Positions 1 through 10,660 are shown, numbered from the stretch's first letter. The stretch is 14,882 nucleotides of DNA from Paraspadella gotoi (GCA_051294375.1 JBJCIZ010001095.1:1-14882); one strand, 5' to 3'. A program made the numbers and translations. The notes: generated from the sequence alone by a model not told the origin.

Positions 1-596
1 AAAAGAGAAAGAGAAGATTGCCTCCCGCTGCCGCCGAATCTAACGGCTCCATTTGTTCCGCACTCCCAGCGAATATCTCCCTCCGCTGGCGCACCTCCAG
101 CATTTTGCAGTCAATCTTCAAATTTTGCAGCATCATAACCTCCCATTTCGGTCCCGGAACCCCCTGCCCCCAGCTCAAAGACGAGCAGCGTCAGAGCTTA
201 TGGGTTCAGCCGTCTCCTGCAACTGTTCATCAGATGAACGCTGGCGAGCCGCAGCACGGGCTGCAGCACCGTGGGACCGATCACTCATCAGCACGGACTT
301 GAACGAAATACAGTCCACACAGCAAACTCTGCAGCAAATGCGCCGCCGCAATTTTTCCAACAGAACTGGAAGCGAACCGTCGACGACGCCGCTGCTGATG
401 GTCGTCAGGCCCCTTCGACGTTACGTGCGCCCCAACATCAGCGGCGTCGGCAGCGGAGCCAATTGGACAGCCGCCTCGCAGCACCACAGAAGAATTTTGA
501 CCAACGACTAATTATCATCACGGAAACGACGGCGACGACGGACGACGGCGACGACGATCTTAATAGAGTCCATGGTCAGTCAAAGAAGGCAACCAG
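1..596 (+). other. GC-rich exon-like block ending at a putative 5' splice donor (CAG|GTTATG, GT at 597-598)
   Basis: GC content drops sharply right after 596. Acceptor-like ATTTTGCAG at 102-110 and 122-130. ATG at 572 (MVSQRRQP) stays open up to the donor. Confidence 0.3.
200..511 (+). CDS. Candidate small ORF (103 aa, MGSAVSCNCSSDERWRAAARAAAPWDRSLISTDLNEIQ...RILTND), possibly lipid-anchored; could also be a uORF or non-coding
   Basis: ATG at 200 lies in the frame of the 53..511 ORF; TAA at 509-511. It sits in a GC-rich block free of microsatellites. The N-terminus matches the MGxxxS myristoylation consensus and is followed by Cys7 and Cys9. No family recognised. Confidence 0.3.
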   Translation: MGSAVSCNCSSDERWRAAARAAAPWDRSLISTDLNEIQSTQQTLQQMRRRNFSNRTGSEPSTTPLLMVVRPLRRYVRPNISGVGSGANWTAASQHHRRILTND

Positions 597-1404
597 GTTA
601 TGAATCAAGCTATCCATTATCGTGAAAATAAAAAATAAATGCTATTATCCGTACCGTAGCAACCGCTAGAGATTTGGTTCCGTTTTGCTTGGAAAATTCG
701 ATGGTAAACCTTTCTTTCCTTTCTTTTTTCCTTGTTTACAATGGGCTGGGAGTCGAAGTAATTATTTCAAATCTGTTAGCTCTTCATTTGGCCAAGACAA
801 AAATAACAAATAGTCTTCGTATTTTTCCCTTCACTGAAATACTGTTACATTTTCGAGTTCACCACCGGTCAACCACCCAAGTGGTTAAACGTTTTGAAAT
901 TCTTCGTTTATAATGAGACTTGTTTTGTGCTAAAGTTTTTTTTGCGAATATGATTAGCTCAGCATTTAAAGTAAAATTGAACGTGGCTGTTTAAACAGTT
1001 GGCAGTTGCTCTAATAATTGTAACCGTGACGTTAAAAGGGGATCATTCCGTTTTCACAAATGAATACTTTTTTTAAAGATGTCTTTAAGCGCTATCTTGA
1101 TCAATAAAATTTGTTCTTCGTCCAAATCTTTACTATTTAAATTGTTTTTTAATGACCATATGTTTTGATAATTAATACAAATTCTCGGATGAAAATTTCC
1201 CTTGTTTCCCCCATAAAAAAAAATTATTCGAATGACAGCGAAAAGCACATTTATTTTCCTTCCAGCAAATGTAATTTTCTCGATGTTTCTCTCTCGTGTT
1301 TCCAAATACAGCTTTGAACGTTTATTTAACTTTTTCTCGATTATTATGGATTGTGGAATAAATAATTAGTTCAAATTTGTGAGACAAAACAGTTTAAAAA
1401 AGTT

Positions 1405-1468
<64 letters not shown>

Positions 1469-1511
1469 GAGAGGAGAGAAGAGAGGAGAGAGAGAAGAGA
1501 GAGAAGAGAAG
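1405..1511. repeat. (GA)n microsatellite / polypurine tract
   Basis: Directly visible imperfect GA repeat of about 107 bp. Confidence 0.95.
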
Positions 1512-1888
1512 ACTAGACTAAGTGAATCCCATCCCCCGTTCGTCTCCCCGCATTTAGTCACCATTAAGCCTCTTTTCAAGCCAAGGATCGGAAAAGTCGA
1601 CTGTGAGCCAATTTAACAGCGGCGATTGAAAGCCCAATTACGGGAGACGCCTCGTTTTTGAGGAACAATCGGCGGAACGGTTTTGCCGAAATGGGAGCGA
1701 ATAAATATAACAATGCGACGCCCAAAGCTGGGGAGGGGGTGGTGAATTTTTGTCGGGAGGGGTTGAGTCCATTGTCTGCTACGTTAAAGTATCTAATAAT
1801 TATTTTTGAAACTGAAATGTGAGAATAACCAAACTATAATCTCGACAAGAAAAATTATTACAATGAAATAAAAAAAAGAACTAGGAAG

Positions 1889-1985
1889 GAAAAGAAAAGA
1901 AAAAGAAAAAGAAAAGAAAAGAAAGAAAAGAAAAGAAAAGAAAAGAAAATGAAAAGAAAAGAAAATAAAAAGAAGGAAAAAGAGA
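1889..1985. repeat. (GAAAA)n microsatellite
   Basis: Near-perfect GAAAA units at 1889-1949, degenerate after that. Confidence 0.93.
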
Positions 1986-3186
1986 ACAAGCAGAGGAAAA
2001 TCGTTTCTTTCCTCTGGAAGAAAATTGTTTTTTCTCCAATCCACATCAAAAGAAAAGGTGGAATCTTTTTTTCTCTTTTTTTTAAATCTTTTTCTTTTAG
2101 TATTTTTTCAGTAGTTCAGAAAAAGTATCATAAAATAAAGAAAAATCAATAAAATGAAATAAAAAAAATCTTGAAGGGAATTGTTATTAACATTATCGAG
2201 TTTTCGTCTGAACGATTCGAAAAAACTGAATGTCTTAAGTACCTTCATAGAAATACATTAACGATGAAATAAATTCAACGCCGTAATGGGATGAAATAAA
2301 TCATTAAGACTGAGAAAATTTGTACTTTGGAAATATTCCACGAAAAAGGCGGGATTTTTGTTTTCGTATCAACTTTTTCTTTTATTATAGTTTGTTAAAC
2401 ATCACCCATAAAATGGGGTAAAACCGAAAAGGAATGTTTAAACGTTTCCCGCGTTGGAATTCGCGAATTAAGTGCATATTTTCTTCATTTTATTGATTTT
2501 CCCTGAACAAATTTTTTCGTTTCGCATACGGCGAATTCAAGGAGGATATGAAATGACCCTTTCAACTCGTTACTGAAATTCATGGATATGTCTCACGGTA
2601 TGGCCGCACAAAAATGAGACAGTCTTCTTGAAAATCCTTGAAACGGTATTTTAGTTGTTTTTACTTTCCTTCGATAAATTCTGTCTTATTATCATAAATT
2701 TTTAGATTCTATGATACCGGACTCCATATTCTGCGCTGAACATGGTTTTTTAGCGGCAACCTATACTTAACAAAGATGTTGCTTTGAACTTTGAGAAGTT
2801 CTAGAGAGTCCTCTCTTCTCTCTTTCCTCTCTCTGCTCCTTCTCTCACTGTCTCTCTCTTTGGATTTTCATCCTTTTCAGTTGATTTGAAATGATTTAAT
2901 TTCGAATGCAATGTTTAATAAATAAATCACTCTCGATATTTGATCGAAAATATTGAATAAAAACGCTTTTTATGCAATAGTAATTAGGAATTAATTGTTT
3001 GAAAAAAATTGAGAAAAAAAGAATTGAGAAAAAAAAAGAAAAAAATTAAGAAAAAAGATTTTACAAAAAAAATCTGAAATTTAAAAAACGGTAAGAAGAA
3101 TTCCCGAAATCTTTTTGTTTATCGATTGGGCGAAAAAATATACGCCATTTTATCGCGTGCATGGAATCAATGGCTTTGACATCTCT

Positions 3187-3450
3187 CCAATATAAAAAAT
3201 TATCATTCATCGATAAATCAAATTTATCTTGCCCCTAACTTTGAATCTGGCTATGTTGATTTAAGTCCTTCTCAGAAAGTCAGAACCCGGCAAGCTTCCA
3301 ATTATCTCTCACAGTTAGTTAAATATCAAATTTTCTTTCGTGACGGAGTAATAATTTTTTTGTTATAATCAATTAAATTTCTCCTATTATATATATTAAT
3401 TGTTTACATGAAAGATACCCATCAATATCGTCTTTTTTTTGAAAGACAAG
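3187..3450 (+). repeat. Unclassified dispersed repeat, copy A (homologous to 11014-11335)
   Basis: Core 3225-3269 aligns to 11051-11094 at 37/45 positions by eye. Colinear shared anchors: CCAATATAAAAA..TTATC.ATTCAT (3187/11014), CAAGCTT (3291/11133) and TGAAAGACA (3440/11324). Confidence 0.75.
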
Positions 3451-3916
3451 ATGTAGAACTTGTATGAACTCCTGCAGCCCTGTGTAATTGTGTATTGTGT
3501 CGTTTTAATAATAATTGGTATAACCATCACTTCGCCTGCTATATCTTCTGGAATGAAGCTGGAACACCAAGCTCCTAAGATTAAAAACAATTGGACATCA
3601 ATGATACGATCTTAATGAATACTCGGATTTAACCCACAAAGAATTTGATGGCATATATAGTAAAAAAATGAATTGGAATAAAATTTTAGAACCGCTTCAA
3701 TCATTTACGTTAATGAGAACTGCAGGGCATCGTTGTAAATTTTCCCACTTGAAGAGTCGCGTCAAAAAAAAAAAAAAAAAGCAGCAAAAAGTTTCCCGAA
3801 AGAAACAACTTTCCCGAGACCGCAACCCGTCCCCTTCCTTATGCGAGACCGTACGTGCGTTGCCCGGTCGGTTCCGACGCTTCTCACGGGAAAATACCCT
3901 GTCACGCCCAAACCAC

Positions 3917-3943
3917 CTCTCTAATCTCTCTCTCTCCTCACTC

Positions 3944-3978
<35 letters not shown>
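3917..3978. repeat. (CT)n microsatellite
   Basis: Directly visible. Confidence 0.95.
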
Positions 3979-3982
<4 letters not shown>

Positions 3983-4262
3983 CGTCTCCGCTCTCTTTCT
4001 TTTTTCAATTCTCTAATCTGTACGCCTTGTACGCGGACTGCTTTATTTGGAGAAACCAATGGAAAAGAAAATCCATAAGGGGAGAAAAAGGGAAAAAAAA
4101 GGGAAAAAAAAAAAAGGAAAGAAAAAGGGAAAACGGTGGGAAAGCCATATCGTGTATTTTGCTCTAATGTTATTAGACGAAGAGTCGAAGCCAGACCTAA
4201 ATTGACCATTTTCTCTCCAGAGAAGAAAAGGGGTAGTGACAGACTGTTCCGGTACACGAGTA

Positions 4263-4275
4263 AGAGAGAGAGAGA

Positions 4276-4347
<72 letters not shown>
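4263..4347. repeat. (GA)n microsatellite
   Basis: Directly visible. Confidence 0.95.
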
Positions 4348-5311
4348 CGCGATTAAGGTTAGAGGATTGTAAGCGAGGAGAACTAAAGCGAGTGAGATGG
4401 ATCGAGAACAAAGGAGAGAGAAGGGAGAGAGAAGGAACGAATACGACAATTGAAAAAGCAGTGACAGCGGCAGCAGCAAAGAAGCTGGAAAGAAAACAAG
4501 AGCGAAAAGAAAATATATCCGTTTTAAAAAAAAAAAAAAGGATTCGATTTCGTCTTTTATTCCAAAGAGAATCGGTAGACCGACTCCATTTGAAGCTTTT
4601 TTTTTTTGGGGCCAAGTTCGTTGACATCTCTGCGTTCTCCTTGAAGGGAAGGTGCGTCCAAGTCATACGTATTCTCGAAGCAGAACTGCGCTTTAATCTT
4701 TACTAGCCCAATAGCACCCAACCGCTCCAGTCGTTGCTTTCGCCCCGAAACGAAATTTCGTTAGCGTCCGCAGTCGACGGATAAACTTCATCCTTCTCCC
4801 ATGAATCTTTACTTCAATTAAACGTCTCCTTCAAACCAACCGGACTCCTCCACTCCCTTTTTTTTTGGTCCTAAATGACGTTCCCTTAATCCCCTGGATA
4901 ACTCACCCTCTTCTCTTCGGGCTTCCCAATGAGCGCCTCCACCCCTTATCTCAACAGACGGCGCCTCCGAGTCTCCGGCGTCAAAGATTCTCGAGGGAAC
5001 AAAAGATCGTCGATGCAGTTTTCGCTTGCGGGCCGTCCACGCGTCCCGCTGACGAGAGCGAGGACGAGGACGAGAAAGAGGGGGGAGGAAGATGAGGGGA
5101 GAAGAGAACGAAAGGGGGGGGATGATGAGAACAGGACAACGACGACGAATTAGAGAAGTAAAAAACAACAACAAGGGAAAATCGAGATTGAAAATTGAAA
5201 GTGAAGAACAACAATCAGATCGACGAATGAGTCGTGAAAAACAAAACGGAAACAAACAGGAAACAAAAAGAATCGAGATGAGATTTGCCCTTTTTAATTC
5301 TCATTCTCACA

Positions 5312-5684
5312 TTTAAGTAAGGTAGACAGAGATTTCAACCAAAGTGGATTTATTTCTCAATAATCGGCAAGACAAGAAAAGGTGTGAAATAGATGAAATC
5401 AATGGTGGAACAATCGGCTATTTATACATGGGCTCTCCTTTCCGATGGCATGAAGCCCCTCTTCTCATTGGTCCCATTCCGATGAACGGCTCAAAACCAT
5501 CAGAGATCCACTTCGATGCTCGTTTGAAGAGATAAAAATAACTGAATTCCGGCCAGAATATAAACTTACGGTAGATACAATAATTTAGTAAAGATGAAAC
5601 TAACCATTGATGTCCAAAGGGGACAAATCTGACTGATCCTTAAGACCCAAACCAAATTGGCGCGAGTTAAAGCGAGATACTATA
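5312..5684 (-). mobile_element. Possible degenerate solo LTR
   Basis: Compositionally distinct ~370-bp block. On the minus strand the order is CCAAT (5471-5467), TATAAATA (5426-5419), AATAAA (5354-5349). Termini only approximate TG..CA and no target-site duplication (TSD) is visible. Confidence 0.25.
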
Positions 5685-6230
5685 AAATAAGTGCAAATAA
5701 AAGACGAAGTTGATGAGCGAATCGTTTATGAGGGCGAACTGAGTGAAACCAAATCAGTACTCTTTGGAAGAAAGCCTCTAGAGTTTCAAAGGGGGTCGAC
5801 TTAACATATGGCTGCAGAGGAGAGAGAATTGGCGAAGAGAGACATGAGCGAGAGAGAGAGAGGGAGCACAGAGAACAGATAGGATTTGCCATCGATTCCC
5901 CTCCTTTGTCGCCACCGTTTTTCATGTTAAAAAAGTTTTCTACGGTCTGTTTCCTCGCGTTTCGCTTTCTGAACTTTTTTTTTCTCTCTCTCATTCATTT
6001 CGATTCTCCGCGTTTTAACGTCAGTTTTTTTTTTAATTTTAAAAGGGGATTAATTATACATTTCCACTTTAATCGCTTGCCTCTTTTAAGGGGTATTATT
6101 GCCATTTGTTTTATCGGCCGTTTTTAAAAAACGAAAGCATTTCGAAAGTTTCAGCGATGAGTAATTTTTTCAGGAACGAAAAAAACAATATTTTTCCTAC
6201 GTCAGGTTCTCGAATTTTTTTTTGATATTT

Positions 6231-6314
6231 CTTTCTCTCTTCTCTCTCTCTCTCTCCATCTCTTCTCTCTCTTCTCCTCTCTCTCTCTCTCTCCTCTCTC
6301 CTCTCTCTCTCTCT
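6231..6314. repeat. (CT)n microsatellite
   Basis: Directly visible. Confidence 0.95.
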
Positions 6315-6416
6315 TCCCCTTACCCGCTCGTGCCATGATTTTGGCATGAAACGTTTGAATTTTCTTTTTTCAGATTTTCTCAACCGCGAAGAGAATGAAA
6401 GGAGAGAAAGCGGCGA

Positions 6417-6715
6417 CGTCAGCGACGTCGGCGGGAATCGGTTCCGCGTCCCACGGCGTCAACACCCGCGTTCCGTCACGCTCCCCCCCCAACGTCATGT
6501 CACGCGCACGCGTGAAAAAAAAAGAGCGAGGCTTTGACGTTTCGCGTTCGCGCAGGGGGTCCGGTTTAAACGTCCGGGCAAATCCTGGTCGGGGGAATCC
6601 ACGTCAAGTGACGCGTCTCAATTACTTTTTGATGAATTAGGTCGGAAACGTGGCGTGATTTTTTTTTTTTTTTTTTTTTTTTTTTGCGGGCAGGCGTCAA
6701 TTCGAACGAGCGTCA
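6417..6715. promoter_or_regulatory. CpG-rich homotypic cluster of CRE/ATF half-sites (CGTCA/TGACG); candidate enhancer or promoter
   Basis: Nine half-sites start at 6417, 6457, 6474, 6493, 6535, 6602, 6609, 6695 and 6711. Includes CCACGTCA at 6599-6606 (TGACGTGG on the minus strand) and a T27 run at 6659-6685. Confidence 0.4.
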
Positions 6716-7488
6716 AGATGTCACGGAGACGTTCGCCGCGGGTCTGCGGCCGTCGCCAAGAAGATGTGGATCCCGACCGAAATAATATATTTCAACGTTG
6801 AGGAAGTTTAATATTTTTTTAACCTTTTTTTTTTTCAAAAACTTTTTTTTATCAGATTGCGGAAAATCATTTTTTTTTCGCTGTCATCCTCCTATTTTCT
6901 CGGAGAATCTCGGCTGAGCTTTGCCTTTTATTCAATTATTCATGCTTTCGAGTTTTTTTTTTTTTTTAAATTTTGCAAATGGCTCGAGAATTCACTCACT
7001 TTTAATCTTAAAATTGATTTGTTTTTCTCGGGTATGTATGTATTTCGATTTCTCTCTTCATAAAATATGAATAATAAAAAACAAATTACTGATGTACTTA
7101 CACTTTTTTTTTTTTTTTATCAAACTTACATTTCGTGGTTGTCTCTGTTAAGGATAATTGGGGAAATGTCAGTAAAAAAGTTGCAAACGTTTTATCAATG
7201 CCACTGATACTATGGAGAAAATAAATATTATTTTGGCCAATTTAATGACAATAACGAAGGGCAAATCAATTACTAAAAAAGGCATTAAAGCAATAAGGGT
7301 CAAACGACCAACGAACTACAGCATAATGTAGATAACGGTCCCGCGACAAGGAAGAATACAAAGCCGAGGAAAATAATAACGCTCATTTTTTCAAAGGAAA
7401 CGAAAGCTCGATGTGACAGCATCCGGTCGGGAAAAGGTCGCAAGTTCCAGTGTAACGAACTTAGGTCAGCGCCGGTCTTTAAAGGGTC

Positions 7489-7511
7489 AGAGAGAGAGAG
7501 AGAGAGAGAGA
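7489..7511. repeat. (AG)n microsatellite
   Basis: Directly visible. Confidence 0.9.
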
Positions 7512-7862
7512 AAGTAAGGCAATAAATCTTCTCGGCGACTGCTAGGTGGGCAGTAATAACCGTCAAAATCTGGACGAATGGCCAGGCATAAGGCAGCGAC
7601 TCAAGACATGACCGCTTCAAGGACCTCGTTGAGAGGCTCCTCATCCGCCTCCTCCTCTTCAAAACCCCGAGAGAACCAACAAAATGATGCCAATTGCTCG
7701 TCTCATGGTGTTTATGTTGTTTATTTCGGGAACAATTAGGCGCGGTTGAACGGGCAAAGGAAGTATCGTATTCTCACTCGTATAGAGATAAAGAATTTTT
7801 TATTCTACTTTTCTCTCATCTTATTCTATACAATTTTTGTCTAATTTTACTAATTTCCTTAT

Positions 7863-8106
7863 CCTTTCTCTTTTTCCCACCTCGTCTCCTTGCTTCTACC
7901 CTTTCTCTTTTTCCCCACTTTCTTCACTCCTTCTTTCTTACCTTTCTCTTTTTCTCCCACTTCTCTCCTTCTTTTTCCTACCCTTTTCTCTTTTTCCCCA
8001 CTTCTCTCCTTCTTTCCTACCCTTTCTCCTCTTCCCATTTCTCTCCTTCCTTTCCTACCCTTGCCTCTTTTCCCCCACTTCTCCCTTCTTTCCTACCTTT
8101 TCTTCC
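7863..8106. repeat. Pyrimidine-rich minisatellite, ~6 copies of a 36-42 bp unit (consensus ~CCCTTTCTCTTTTTCCCCACTTCTCTCCTTCTTTCCTA)
   Basis: Units start near 7863, 7899, 7941, 7981, 8020 and 8058, each ending in (C/T)TA. Confidence 0.85.
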
Positions 8107-9253
8107 GTCCCTCGTCCATCGTCAGGGGATTTCGCTGTTGTTTGTAGTTTGTTGTTGTTTATTACCGAGGAATTCCCTCGCGTTGCGAGCCAACAGTTTT
8201 TTTTTTTTCCCTCGTCGTTCCTCCCGCATTTTCATTCGATCCCGTGGGATTTTCTTCCTTTTCTTTTGCTTTCCTTCATTTGCGTTTTCATTCTGTTTCT
8301 TTCTCTCTTAGTAGATCATTTCCTTTTCCATATATTTCTCTTCCTTTTTTTTAGTTGCGCCGTGAGTACCCGCGGAACAACTCTATAAGGTCGGTCTGTC
8401 GGTAAAGTCCGTCCCACTTACATCAAAATGCAAATAACTAGCTACTAACTTTGTTGTCATATTGTTAAGGACGGAAAAAACCTTAAATCTAAGGACTACT
8501 CGCGCCGGCCCTTCAGGAAGTCCTAGAACTATAAAGAATAAAACACAGAATTTCCTAATGCAGTGCGTGTCATAAAATACAAATACTATATAAAGACGTT
8601 TGTTCAACATAAATTGCCTAAGTCATGTAGTCATGTGATCACAAGGAAATACACCGTGAAAAGAAAGTCACGCGGCGCAACACCGATGGACCGATTTTGT
8701 TCTTTATTCTTAATATTTTTTTGCTTTCGCTTTTATTTGTCTCTTCGTTACTTTGATTTTCTAATTGTATCTATCAACCGATCCCACCTAACTCACCTTT
8801 CCTTTCGATCTTTGTAATTTTCCCTTAAGCCACCATTTTTTTTTTCAAAGACATGCGTGTACTAGGTACTTAACTTATTTACCAAGCGGGTTTATTTTTT
8901 TCATCTTCTTCGCATTTTATTGCGATTATCCTCCAAGGGCTTAACACTATCGCCCTTTCGCTCTTAAATCTTTTTTTTTCCGAGTTTTTTCTCTCAATTC
9001 TTTTTTTAATCATGTTCCTCAGTGCGCAATCTTTCTTGTTTTAAATTTTCTCCCTTTTCGACTCCCACCTTTTTTTTTCTTCCTTTCATTCTTGTCTATA
9101 AATTTTCTTTTCTTTCTTTTTTTTTTCAGCCTCACATATTTTTTTTTTTTTTTTTGCTCTACTTATTTTCTCCCTTTGCTAATAACTATTTTTAGGCTTT
9201 TTCCGCCGTTTCGGCTTTCTTCTTTACTCTTTCTTTCTCAAGATTTTTTTCCG

Positions 9254-9309
9254 TCTCTATCCATATCGTTCTATCCAACTTCTCTATCCATATCCGTCTC
9301 TATCCAACT
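9254..9309. repeat. Short tandem duplication (2 x ~28 bp, TCTCTATCCATATC(C)GT(C)TCTATCCAACT)
   Basis: Copies at 9254-9280 and 9281-9309. Confidence 0.8.
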
Positions 9310-9777
9310 TCTTATTCCAACACTTATAAATTTCCGAGAGACTATCCCCAACCTTTTTTTTGCCTTTTATCCTTCCTTTCATCTCCTCCGGGGTCCTTAC
9401 CTCCTCATTCTCCTCTTCGTCCTCCTTTCCTTCTTTCTTTTCTTTTTCCTCCTTCTCTAGTTCTTCTCCGCCCGCGCTTCTCTGGGGTCAATTTCGGTCC
9501 CGCCCCTTTTCGTCGGAGGTGAGGTCGAGCAAGGCGGGAGGAGATCTTATCGATAGAGGAAATGGGGAGGAGGTAGGGAGAGCTGGTAGGATGAATGTGA
9601 ACGCAGCGAGAGGAGGGAGGAAGGTATAGCCGAAGCGAGCCGTTTAACATTTTTTAGATTATAAAACTAACATGTAGAATTTTATAATCACATTTTTATT
9701 TTGTAAGCCACGGAATTGAATTTAATTATTGACATTCAAGGTTAGTAGAGAATACATCTCTTTTTTTCCCTGTTGGG

Positions 9778-9950
9778 GTCGATTTCGATAAATTTTGGTA
9801 CCAGGATCGACGTGGATTAGTCCTAGTTACTGATATAAAATTTCATTAAAATCGGTCATGCGTTCAAAAGTTATGGGCAAAAAACGACGAAAAAATAGCG
9901 CCCTTCCGAGGGATCAACTTTCCGCCGCTCACGAGCGAAAAAGTGGTTAA
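9778..9950. mobile_element. Truncated non-autonomous DNA transposon/MITE remnant
   Basis: Imperfect inverted repeat CGATTTCGATAAATTTT (9780-9796) / AAAATTTCATTAAAATCG (9837-9854), followed by TTCAAAAGTTATG; these motifs are typical of insect non-autonomous DNA elements. The block ends ...AAAGTGG|TTAA (9947-9950). No matching left end was found. Confidence 0.45.
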
Positions 9951-10400
9951 CATAAGTTTGAACATCGTAGTACTAATCTTAGTCCCGACCGTAATCTAGG
10001 GTAAAGCTGAAAATCCCCTCGTTCCGGGCCCAATAGAAATAAATGGAAATTACGGAGCTGACTACGGAAAGAAAATATTGATATAGGAAACTAATTTATA
10101 AGAGAACAAGGTGATATTAAAGTTTTATCAGTAATCATAAGTGATTGGATGATAATTTAATACCAATAGGCGGGTTGATTTTACTTAGCATTAAAGTAAT
10201 AAATTTATTTATAACGACCGCGACAAGGAGACTGACATTTAACCATGGTCAGGTTACTGACCTTTAACAGACCTTACCTTCTTACTATTTTTTAGCATTT
10301 TACATTATTTTTTTACCATTTTGATCATTACTTGTTTTTTAAAAAAAATAAATTTTNNNNNNNNNNAACGAATTCAACATGGTAGGATTCATTCCGAGAT

Positions 10401-10660
10401 GAGCCGTTGGACGCAGCCACTCCTGTCCCGACCTTGCCCGGCGTTGGCGCCATCCAGTCCTCCGACTTCGCCCCCGGTCAAGTTGAGTGGGATCAATAGT
10501 TGGAACGACTCAAATCATCTTGTGGAGAGGTCGTAGAACCGACGTCCAGGCATCACTTGGTTCTATCATTGACAGCATCTGGGAGAAGAGATCTCTCGTG
10601 CTAAGCGCCATCCTTCTCCCGCCTCTAGCTCGTTTCTAGCTCATTAACCTTCAATGATTT
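10401..10660 (+). pseudogene. Decayed Ty3/Gypsy (Mag-like) gag N-terminal fragment
   Basis: The frame from 10401 reads EPLDAATPVPTLPGVGAIQSSDFAPGQVEWDQ*LERLKSSC...HHLVLSLTASG..., then LVLSAILLPP in a shifted frame and SSLTFNDF back in the first frame. This resembles the G-x-I..F..W-x2-Y-x-ERL..LLT..G..LL..L..P..TF layout of Mag-clade Gag. TAG at 10497 occupies the Tyr position. Bounded by N gaps. Confidence 0.45.

Noticed and set aside
200-320. Resemblance of the small ORF start to G-protein alpha N-termini
   Set aside because: No GAGESGKS P-loop or other G-alpha motif follows.
1054-1305. 83-aa minus-strand ORF in AT-rich DNA
   Set aside because: Non-ATG start, no recognisable motif, and a length compatible with chance.
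1793-2152. F-rich and K-rich ORFs on both strands
   Set aside because: Artefacts of the (GAAAA)n microsatellite.
3668-4706. Long overlapping ORFs (up to 260 aa) with ERERER/SLSLSL runs
   Set aside because: They are open only because (GA)n/(CT)n and poly-A/T tracts lack stop codons; no domain features.
4738-4762. 14-bp perfect palindrome AACGAAATTTCGTT and an adjacent small hairpin
   Set aside because: Isolated, AT-rich and expected occasionally by chance; no supporting context.
7694-8388. Three overlapping F/L/S/P-rich ORFs resembling membrane proteins
   Set aside because: Translation of the pyrimidine minisatellite.
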